NCBI GenBank assembly: GCA_965644295.1
Contig: CBFFRP010000358.1
Coordinates: 124,001 to 188,000 of the forward strand
DNA length: 64,000 nucleotides
Direction of reading: 5' to 3'
From: Paraphysomonas bandaiensis
Lineage: Eukaryota > Protista > Chrysophyceae
This document shows, one piece after another, positions 1-10,227 of the stretch. How positions within the stretch are numbered: the first letter of the stretch is position 1; the number at the start of each line of letters is the position of its first letter. The translations under genes and the position numbers were made by a program. Below the pieces are notes generated by a model. That model searched no databases, was not told the DNA's origin, and was given only the letters and a program-made list of their open reading frames with translations.

Positions 1-922
1 TAGCCCCGTGCGCGAGGCGCTACCCACACCTGAACAAGACGTCAGCGCTGTACGAGGTAATTTTGTGAATGCAATATATATAAATTACGAAGTCATATGT
101 CGTTGAGTATAAAAATTAGAATAAATACATTGGAAATGTTAGTTGTTATTAACTGCGAATTTAGGTACCACTCCGCCGTCCTGCTCACGAAATCTTCTCT
201 CGACTTCTCGTCCCCAAGCTACCACTCACCCTCTCCCCATACCTTCTACTCGTTCGATGGCCCCACAGCCTCTATCGAACTCAGTATTAACTGTTTGTAT
301 TCCTGCAAACAAACGACTATGTGAAAATGAATGCATAGTTGATCTTGTGGCATACAATAAGAGTTTAGGACGCTTCAGATACGCCTGTGAAGATAGGGTG
401 GTTCTTAAGAAGTATGGAGCAATCAAAGAGAACCAAAATAACCCATCGGTTGAGTCGCAGTATGTAAGTTCTTATTTTCAGCAGTGGTGTATTTGCGTTT
501 TATATTTAGGAGTTATTTGTATCTAACTCTCAGATTAGCGAAGTGCATGGAATATCTTGTATCTATGATTATTTATTTCGTTATTGTATCGCAGTGGATA
601 TAGGCTCATATAATTCTTGTGCAGGGCGCCATAGTTGGCTGTAAAAACAGTACTGATACGATCATCCCATACAAGTGGTTAAATGTGAGTCGAGCTTTCT
701 GTCACTGTGCAATCCGTGTGTAATGTTTAGTTTATATTTACTGCCTCAGTTTAGTAAGTGCCAGAAAACTGCATCCTCTATTCTAAAATATATTTATGAC
801 ATCCTTGTGTAACATTTGTTTAGGTTGAGTGGGATCTATTGGATGACATATTCTCATCTGTTAACCCATGGGAAGTGTCTCTTGTGAACTCGTCGAAAGG
901 AAAGAAAGATCTAGTACAGTGA
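1..922 (+). CDS. 3' portion of a spliced gene ending in a BRWD/PHIP/ARF-type ancillary Tudor-like domain (5' end outside window)
   Basis: GT-AG-joined exons read ...SPVREALPTPEQDVSAVR/GTTPPSC...YNKSLGRFRYACEDRVVLKK.../GAIVGCKNSTDTIIPYKWLN/VEWDLLDDIFSSVNPWEVSLV...*. The G-x-I-x-G...W..L.V.WD...V(N/S)PWE motif matches the ARF/BRWD ancillary domain. Stop TGA at 920-922. Confidence 0.55.
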
Positions 923-1449
923 TACTGGGTGTGCTACTTTTAACTAGGAATTATTGAGCTAGAAATATTTTGTATTATACACTCTTTGTTACAATAATAA
1001 TAAATAAAGCATTTTATCTGAACATATATTCATTGTGGGGTGAAACATACAAAAATACATCACCTACGGTATTATATATAACATAAATAATTACACAATT
1101 TTCTTATACCAGCACTATGATGGGGATACTATGTAATTCAGTTAACTATAAATTTAATATTAAAGTATTTTCTGCAGCCGGGACGTCCCCTCATTTTCAT
1201 ATTCAGAAGCTATGCACATCGCTGTGTGTAGTTAGAATTTAGAATTATACGGCGTATTTATAAATAATTGGGGGGCAATAGAGTGTCAGGTGGAAATCAA
1301 ATATCTTACTTCGTGTCCTATATAAAAGTAAATATACGAAGTAGAGCGAATAAGTTCATACATATCTTTTAAACATTCACTCCTACAAACATACTGCACT
1401 GATACATATTAGTGTGTGTGTAATGTAACTAAAAATAAAATATATTTCA

Positions 1450-1863
1450 TCAGACGCAACTCTTCTGACTCGGAATTTCAATGACTATCCAGCTATTGCA
1501 GCAGGTCTTGTGGAGACTCCACTGTATTCCTCTATCGTAGTATTTAGGAGACATACTCACTTGATCGAGTTCATTAATGAGGCGCTGCTCTGCTCGAGAT
1601 ATACAAACTCTTGGACAAAACAGCGACGCACCCAAACTACACGGAGCACACGCATAGCCAAACACGTAGCACATCGTGCACGGCCAGAACTCGGCAATAG
1701 CTTCATTTATCTTCTCCATGCTCCTCTCAAAGTCAGATTGAGAGATGTGACCGTTGAGTTCAGCGGGATACGCGGAGTCATAACTGCTCGATATGCCTGA
1801 CAAGAACTTGAGTCCAACTGCTCTGCACCGCACAGTTACCACACCCTTTCCAGATGATGACAT
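1450..1863 (-). CDS. Golgin A7/ERF4-family cysteine-rich protein (palmitoyltransferase accessory subunit-like)
   Basis: ATG at 1863 gives MSSSGKG...YPAELNGHISQSDFERSMEKINEAI...WPCTMCYVFGYACAPCSLGASLFCP...RGIQWSLHK...WIVIEI, the typical ERF4-domain pattern. The longer ORF call only extends into the microsatellite. Confidence 0.75.
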   Translation of the reverse strand: MSSSGKGVVTVRCRAVGLKFLSGISSSYDSAYPAELNGHISQSDFERSMEKINEAIAEFWPCTMCYVFGYACAPCSLGASLFCPRVCISRAEQRLINELDQVSMSPKYYDRGIQWSLHKTCCNSWIVIEIPSQKSCV

Positions 1864-1915
1864 CAATTCAACTAGAAGGAAGAAGGATGAACTACCCTCA
1901 TAACAACTTCCTGCT

Positions 1916-2424
1916 ATACATACATACATACATACATACATACATACATACATACATACATACATACATACATACATACATACATACATACATACATACA
2001 TACATACATACATACATACATACATACATACATACATACATACATACATACATACATACATACATACATACATACATACATACATACATACATACATACA
2101 TACATACATACATACATACATACATACATACATACATACATACATACATACATACCTACATACCTACATACCTACATACCTACATACCTACATACATACC
2201 TACATACATACATACATACATACATACATACATACATACATACATACATACATACAGACATACATACATACATACATACATACATACATACATACATACA
2301 TACATACATACATACATACATACATACATACATACATACATACATACATACATACATACATACATACATACATACATACATACATACATACATACATACA
2401 TACATACATACATACATGCATACA
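1916..2424 (+). repeat. (TACA)n tetranucleotide microsatellite, ~510 bp, with TACC/GACA/TGCA variant units
   Basis: Directly visible; fills almost the whole spacer between the divergent ERF4-like and CLN3 start codons. Confidence 0.99.
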
Positions 2425-2449
2425 AAGCAGTCTGTACATATCTAGTTCC

Positions 2450-3926
2450 ATGCCTCCATCGCAGTCTTGTGGTCCAGTGTCGTCACCTGAGGGAAAGTGT
2501 CGCTCTGGCATGACTCCGGTTGAGATATTTGGATTTTTTCTGGCGGGTTTGTTCAACAATTCCTCGTATGTTATCATGATAGCGGGGGCCAAGAACATCG
2601 CGCCTAGTATGGTCGGTTTAGTGTAAGTGATAATGTATATCTTTGTGTTGGTGTTACGGTTGCTGTGTAGGTATGTATGTAATGTGGTTCCATCCTTTGC
2701 AGTGAAGTTGACGGGTCCCTACTGGTTCCATATGGTGTCATACAAGTACCGTATGCTAATAGCTGTTGCGCTTATGGCGTTATCGTTTATTGTGGTGGCT
2801 ATCGGTGGAATCACTGATAATCTCGGTCTGCAGCTGCTTGGCGTTATATTTGGATCCACTCAGTCAGGATTCGGCGAGGCCTCATATCTGGCTTTGACAG
2901 CTTTCTACGACTCTCGTGTTGCTCTCACGGCGTGGTCAAGTGGTACTGGATGTGCTGGGATATTTGGATACGCTTGGGTCATTATTTTTATAGAAGGATT
3001 TGGAGCGAGCTTTCAATTGACTCTTTTCTGTGCTCTTGTTATTCCAGTATTATTCTGGGCCAACTTCTTAGTGTGCATGAATGTTCCGCATATTAAAAGA
3101 GAGGTGCAGAGGAATCTTTCCTTAGACGAGCCTGTAGTAGCTTTCGGACTTTCTGCTGATAGTGCAAGTACTATGGGAAACCCTATACATGGAAGCACAG
3201 CTCTCAGTGATTCGACCGGTGATTGCAAGAGAACAGGAAATACAATAGTGAATGCCGAGAATACAGTTAACACTGTGGCATCTAATATCTACTCTACCAA
3301 GCAGGAGGGAGATTCATCTGAGGTGGATTTATCAGCAGCTGCAGCCGTCATGTCTATGCGAGAGCGTATTCAAGCCACACTATCTCTGTGGCCGTATATG
3401 GTTCCTCTATTCCTAGTATATTTTGCAGAATATGCTATGCAGAGTGGAGTGTGGGCTGCAATGGGCTTCCCCGTCCATAATAGTAATGCACGAGATAAGT
3501 TTTATGAGTACAGGTAAGTCATGTTGTTTTATTTTCTTTTCTTTATGTATTGTTTATAGCAACTGGATGTATCAAGCCGGTGTGTTGGTGAGCCGCTCTT
3601 CAGGTACTGTATGGCGTGCAAACATGACCTCCTTGTGGGTGATGCCTTTTCTTCAAGTCACACTCCTACTCTTCTTTGTTCTTGATGCGTATTATATGTT
3701 CTGGTATGATTGGTCTATTCTAATAGCATGTTTTGTTGTGGGTTTATTGGGTGGTGCCGTGTATGTGAATGGATTTTCTTTGATAGCCGAAAATGTTCGT
3801 CCTCATTTGAAAGAATTTTCTTTGTCAGCTGCAAGTATTGCTGATAGTGTTGGCATTGCACTCTCGAATGTAGCTGGAATATTCATTCAGCGTGCGTTAT
3901 ATGACTATCATGGGCTATCTGACTAG
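2450..3926 (+). CDS. CLN3: CLN3/battenin (Btn1) lysosomal membrane protein; 3 exons (2450-2622, 2671-3513, 3560-3926)
   Basis: FFLAGLFNNSSYVIMIAGA, GFGEASYL...AWSSGTGCAG, YMVPLFLVYFAEY, YQAGVLVSRSS and GLLGGAVYVN are CLN3 signatures. GT-AG introns of 48 and 46 nt keep the frame. Confidence 0.92.
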
Positions 3927-4054
3927 GTGATGAAAATTATAATATACATGGCTTTCAATAAAGCATAAATAAATAATAGTGTAGAATAGGCCATTACTCT
4001 GCTTCTTTGAATTGAATAGCATGTAATACCAGGGAATGCAGATTTCAGCTTGTT

Positions 4055-4720
4055 AGTAGTAATAATAAGAATGTTGAGATTATTAGAATGTAAAGTGATA
4101 AACACAGTAACGTATAAAAGTGAATAATAATGCAGAACATTACTATCACACACAACGGAATAGTAATATAACTGACAATATGATGATCATTATGATGACG
4201 ATCAAGTATCTTCAAGAGATACGTCAATTATTTCATTGAACATTATATTTCACGTATACTATCTTAAAGTAAGATGAATCCTAATACTTGTAATCCACAC
4301 ATTATAAATTAATACACTTTTTTCATCGTCACTACGCACTACCAATCAATATTACCAGTTCTTAATATAAATAAAGAATTGATCTTTATAATAGTAAAAC
4401 AATGTTGTGATTATTAGAGAGTAAGTAATGAACACGATAGAATGAAAATTATGAATAACAATATAGAACGTACTATCATGCACAACGGAATAGTTAGAAG
4501 TGTAACTGATAATGACGACGTTATGATGACGATCACGTATCTTCGACAGATACTCTCTCTAATTCAGTTCATGGTATATTTCATTGAACATTATAACTCA
4601 CAGATACAATCATGTATTAAGCTGAATCCTAATAATATATTTCAGTTTCACTAATATATTTTCTATTATTTTATTAATTTGCATTAATACAGAGCATCCC
4701 ACTCCTCTAATCTCTAATCC
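4055..4720. repeat. Diverged AT-rich direct repeat (~4055-4290 vs ~4390-4640), probably decayed LTR remnants
   Basis: Shared blocks aatgttg.gattattaga, tactatca..cacaacggaatagt, ttatgatgacgatca.gtatcttc, atttcattgaacattata and tgaatcctaata. A PPT-like gaggagtggga lies on the minus strand at ~4696-4707. Confidence 0.55.
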
Positions 4721-4934
4721 ATCATATAGCTTGCCAACAAGCGTATTATTATATACTATGTTCTTCTTGTGAGCTGTGTCAACTGAATACTCTTATCCCC
4801 GTAGCAAGATCTTATTCACCCTACCAATAATAATGATATCCTGTAACTCTATCTTTAGCTCTTCTTCCATAATAATATTGACAAGTAACTATAAACTATA
4901 CACCCTCACCAAAGTCGGACTCGCACCTTTTCGT

Positions 4935-5421
4935 GGTGTTCTGGGGGATAAGTACCGGAGAGATTCACTCTGGGAAACTAACGTGAGCCGCAAGCATAGT
5001 CAGCAGATAATGTTCTGCCCACTCATAGCCGAATGCTTGTGTGATACAAGGGACACCAATAAGTGTCACTTGTATAGACGTCTTTGGGTCCTGACGAATA
5101 AACAGGCATCCGGGAATGGGCCCACCACAAGGGCATCCGGGACGGGGCCGAACTGAAGGGTAACCGGGGTATTGGGCTGCCTGCTGAAGTCAAGCATCCG
5201 GGATGTTCACCTTAAGGACCCAGAACGGAAGTGGTCGCACCTTGGTGCTTGCGGCGACGCACAAGCAGCTTCCGTAGCGTTAAATAGTACGATAATAGAG
5301 TTTGTACTGATAAGTTACAGGTAGAGGTCTAACTAGGTTGACTAGCATTCGTCTAGCTACTGAATCGGTGCAGGCTTTTAACGCCTATTGCTAAATAAAA
5401 GACTTTCAATATAACTATACA
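4935..5421 (+). mobile_element. Probable LTR/retroelement remnant containing a conserved structured ~50-nt motif; related to ~19700-19960
   Basis: 5225-5280 is nearly identical to 19802-19857. Both copies continue through agcattc...gc(c/t)tattgc.aataaaa...ca-ending segments. Left boundary uncertain. Confidence 0.4.
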
Positions 5422-5569
5422 TCTATGACTAAACTACAAGACTTAGTAACTTTACAAGTTAAGAATTGAAGCTTCTAATCGATATATAGTTATTGGATAC
5501 CTTCGATTTCATGCCCAAAGTAAAGGCCTGAAGGAATGACCATTCTCCATATACTGACATATAACATAG

Positions 5570-5960
5570 TGTAAGTTGAACAACTTAACTTTTAAACTCA
5601 CTCAATGATCAATTATTAAATTATGATAAACATCTCTTATCATTTACTGTCATTCACTGAATATATATCGTTCACTACTACTAACTAATATGATCCGATC
5701 TTATGCAGTCACTTTTCAGTTTCACATAACATATATTAGATACCATAACATCTTATATAGTAACTGTTCATAAAATACTGTTTTCAGCTCCTGTGTTATT
5801 CAGGTACGTTCACAACTCAAGAAACACCTTAAAATATAGCTATATATGCACAACTCAACACTTCGCCCCCTGTCCTGAAGGTGAACAGCCCGGATGCTTG
5901 ACTTCAGTAGGTAGTCCAATACCCCGGATTCATTTGAGGTGGACCCATCCCCGGATATTA
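5570..5960 (-). mobile_element. Copia-like 3' end remnant: PPT plus LTR start on the minus strand
   Basis: Minus strand reads ...caggacagggggcgaag|TGTTGAGTTGTGCA, with the LTR terminus at 5860 similar to the TGTTGAGTTCTGCA start of the 44833 element. 5871-5929 is an inverted copy of 5162-5220. Left end uncertain. Confidence 0.5.
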
Positions 5961-6749
5961 TTACTTTGACTTCTCGTATATGACATCACAGGATGATTTT
6001 TTGTAATGATGATGTGCGCTGACAACGTGTCGAAGTGTTGAGATTGTACCGTGTTGTCGATTGTCGAGATACGAGGGTGTTAATTGGTATAAACAAGCAC
6101 ACATATACTACATCATCAGCCCTATCGTTATCAGCGAAACTATGCATATCTAATGTTCTAATGTAGATCCACTAATTCGGATTCCTTTCCTGAGTGTTCC
6201 CCTGGCATAATGTAACAAGTAAGCCATAAGCGTACACACATACTGTGTCCAAAAAGAAAAATATGGAGAATGCGAAACATGAAGTACTTATCAATTACAA
6301 CAAAAGGTGTATCAATTCCATCGTATACAAAAATATGAAACTCATACAGAGGATAAGAAGATATCTCTAGAAAAGTTAGATTGGTATAAAACTAATAAAA
6401 TTGGACAGTATATGCCCTACTGTCATCATATGAAACAACAATAATATAAATCTAGACCATATAAACACCATAAAACATATCAAGTATGCGACTTAATTCA
6501 TCAATAGACCGACGTAATATTAAGGTAGCATTCTCATGGAGACCAAATTAGAAAAAACAGCACATAAATAAAAGGAATATTCCGTCGGAGAACATACATA
6601 CCAGAGAAACGAAACAGTGGGGTAACATGAATACAGAGTATTAAAACTTCCCAGAGTTGAATTCAACATAACCCATACTCGGGTTTTAGTAACACGATGA
6701 TAGACAGCTCAAAACGTTCAACTGAACCAAGCCGCTTTGAGAGTATAAG

Positions 6750-7759
6750 TTATCGAGGAAGGGAAGTTATTGGAGTAGTCGGAAGTGGTATGAACACCCT
6801 AACAGGTTCAGGTTTACTCAATGAGAAAGGTGTAATGCGCGGGTCATCGTTTTGATTGGGCGTAGTAAAAGTTGAACCTGTACCGGTCTTCCTTACACAG
6901 ACAACAATCCTGTGATACACAAAATTACAAAAGTAGACAGTATAGCACTACGGTTTCGTGATGGCAAGGCGTTGCTAACAATTCATTTCTACTGTGACAG
7001 TATACACCATATAATGAATTACCTCCATGCCGTATCGCTAGGGTAGTATTTCCCCTGGATCCTACTTTTCTTGAGTGATATATCCTCATGAAAGCATGAG
7101 AATCCTTCGATCACGACCTCTACTTCATTCATACCATATTCGGATATTGTGCTTCTTATCACGCCTGAGACCCTATTTGAGAGTACTCCTAGTGGTCCTA
7201 ATGGTCCAATCACCTCAATTGGAGCACAGCCGTCGGGGATGGATACCTTGAGTGGGCCATGAGAGGATAGTTGGACATTTCGACAGCAGTAGTATCCTTT
7301 CGGATACTCTGGCTCGATGCCTTTGTGCCAGGTGAAGAGCCCACATTCAGTACAGTGATCAGCAGTGTGCGATAAAGTAGTAGGTATTTTTTCGATGACT
7401 TGCTTGATTGAAGTTCGCTTTGGCGTCAATTCAGAAAAGCGGGATGGCCATACGGGCACAGGACGAGTCTTAGGAGGTGTTGGAGCCGAAGCACGAATCG
7501 GAGTAACAACCGGTACAAATGGCTTCAAGGCGGCATTATATTCAGCTGCCCACTACAAGAAAAAACCATTCAAATATGAGTCGAATAACACACCGATGAG
7601 CTCTACCTTATAGAGGGCGAGGGACTTGAGGGGCATCAAGGAGTCGATCAGATCAGACGCAGCGATATCGGGAGAGGTGGCTGCAGTGTGGAGGCACATG
7701 CGTTTAGTGGGTCTTGAGGCATCTAGATCATCAACGATACAGCGGGGTGGGGAGATCAT
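6750..7759 (-). CDS. Hypothetical protein, 3 exons, Pro/Thr-rich ends, central Cys/His cluster (possible zinc finger)
   Basis: ORFs 7553-7888 and 7019-7528 join through a GT-AG intron. A last exon ~6912-6750 reads IVVCVRKTGTG...TSLPR*. Motif HCTECGLFTW...YYCC. Confidence 0.55.
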
Positions 7760-8372
7760 CGCAGGTGTTGGAGTTGTTATTATTGTGAGGGAGTTCTGTA
7801 GCCGAACACTCTGTGGCGATAAAAGATACGACCGATACCACAGTATCTTCTGTTTGTTGTGAGGGGTTGGACAGAATGGCAAATCCAATGACCTCGGGCT
7901 ATAGACCGACCTCTATATATATGGGCTTGGACGGACAACTCCGAAATTACAGGCAGGTGATTTGTTCGCATACCTTCCACTCACACGCTTTATATTGCCT
8001 GAAAACCCTGTATTTTGGGTATTATTTCGGATATTTAGGGCCTAAGGGTTTAACATGTGTCCGAATGCGTACTTTTCTACACACTCAAAATTCCGCTGTA
8101 TATCTTTCCATATGTTGACAGTCAATCATCCCCCCCGTCCCATACTCAAACTAACTTCAACTGAATGTTGTCGGTGTATGTATGTCACTGTAGGAATGCT
8201 GTACTTCCGTATCCAGTATTCCTCTGTAGTTGTGGTATACGGATGCGTCCTGTTTATGTATGAAGTCAGAGCACTCGTGTGCACTTCACTGCGACGTGCT
8301 GCATGTAGCACTTCGGTGTCCTTCCACTCTGCACAGGATTCATATGCATAGCACACCATACCCTGCCATACC

Positions 8373-9889
8373 ATGTCTTCGTTTATATCCTCTATGTTTG
8401 GCAGAGGTTCCAGCGCTCCTGCTCCCATCCCTCGAGCATCCCCAGCCTTCACCTCTCAAGATCCAGAGGAGATGTGGCGGTCGTTGTTGTCGGATGGATT
8501 CTGTGTGCTTCAAGGTTCATCTAAACGTTGTTCAATAGCACTGTATTCTGTGTGTTATGGCTGTAGTACAGTAGACTATGAGCGTATCATGAGGAGCCTC
8601 TGATGGGTGTGCAGGTGCTGTAGATAAGAAGGAGGTGGATGAGGCTCTGCGGGCGATCAACAGATCTCTTGGCTCTCATGTTCCCAATAGAGAGGACATG
8701 TGTCCAGACTGTAAAACTGCACCAGAGATCACTAATCTCTTCAACAAAAGCGCTGTCAAGGGCGCTCTGGACATGCTGTTAGGAAGCTACCACCCTGTTG
8801 GTGGAGGGCAGATTGCTCTGAGGTTTCCGGGAGATAATACTGTAGGTAGAGTGAGGCGATGTGCTTATATGTATTATACTCAATGAGTCGCTCTCAGGAC
8901 ACAATGAAGTTCCTCCTAATTGGCAAGATCATTGGCATATTGATGGCTTAGGAGACCATGCCAACAAGCAGAAAAGTTCCCTCTATGGAGATATATCTAA
9001 CTTCACAGCACTTGTTGGTATGGTAGTATACATTTGTTTTTCGATGTTCATCTGTGTGCTATGTGAATCGTTTCTCTGACTACATTATTCTATGAAACGC
9101 GTTTCCCTGCTCTAATGAGATATGTCACCTCTGCTTCAGCGTATTACATTATAATGTATACTGCAATGTAGGCGTGGTTCTTCAGGATGCCTGTGAGGAC
9201 TTTATGGGCAATCTCGTCGTCTACCCTGGGTCTCATATCGAGCTGCAGGAGTACTTCAAGGTGCGAATTTTGCGCTGCATATACCTCTGTTTTTTATTCG
9301 TATTTTTTATTGCAATATTTATGTTCACAGGCGAATGGCTTTGAGGACTTGTATACCCAGGGTGTATCAGGTTTGCCCCGAATGCGGTTTCAGAGAGGTC
9401 ATAGACAGCTTCATCTCAGGTATGATGTGTATGATAGCGGCGTGTATTCTGTTTTATAAATATACTCTAAACGTATAAGTATTGTGTCTGGCATAGTTGT
9501 ATTATGACTGTACTCTATGAGATTAATCAGTGTCTACGCTATATGATAGGGCTGGAGATGCTATAATTGCAAATTACTGTACAGCACACACTATCGCTCC
9601 TAACATCAGTCCTTATATCCGCTACTCGGTTTATTTCAGAGTAACCAGTAAAACGCACGGTAGTGGAAATCGCGGTCAATCCAGTGTGCATGTTAGAAGT
9701 GGAATGAAGCACAGACCGGAGAGTATGCTAGATGTATGGTGCGACTGGCCTGGACTGAAGAGACACATGACAGTTGCAACAGCAACCAGTCAGGCACAAG
9801 GGCAATTGCTCCATCGCCAGCAGCAGATAGAACTTGAAGAGGAAAGGCAGTTGAGAATTGTCCTCGAACGAAGCAAACATGACACCTGA
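8373..9889 (+). CDS. Phytanoyl-CoA dioxygenase (PhyH)-like Fe(II)/2-oxoglutarate oxygenase with C-terminal ubiquitin-interacting motif; multi-exon
   Basis: DGFCVLQG, QIALRFPG, HWHIDG (HxD), GNLVVYPGSH and GDAIIANYCTAHTIAPNISPYIRYSVYFR (distal His and Arg). Terminal EEERQLRIVLERSKHD is UIM-like. Confidence 0.8.
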
Positions 9890-10227
9890 TGTATCATGCC
9901 ACCGCAACGAAGATATTTTCCAACGCTCTGGTCAAGTTTCTTGTGTATATGGTCAGATGTTATGAATCCGTACGGTTACAACCTGATATATAAATGGATT
10001 ACCAGCAATTTATAACCGTGCTGGTAAGGAATTTATGTAGTAGACTTTGCTTTCACAAGTTTTGTGTAATTAGATTTAAGTGTAGTGCTATCTTGACGTT
10101 ATGTCACTTGTCATTTGTGTAGTATATTAATACACTACGTTGTACCAGTTATCATCCCAACCTGCTTTGTTTTGATAGAATTTTGTGATAGTAGCCTAGT
10201 AACTATGTATTCTCTGTGTGCGTTTCC

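Noticed and set aside
1854-2598. ORFs encoding MYVC/HTYI repeats
   Set aside because: Translation artefacts of the (TACA)n microsatellite, which has no stop codons in any frame.
5270-5320. GTTAAATAG resembling a pistol-ribozyme linker; nearby CTGACGA (~5091) and TGATGA (~19757) resembling hammerhead cores
   Set aside because: The required partner motifs and stems are absent, and the motifs are not conserved in the second copy.
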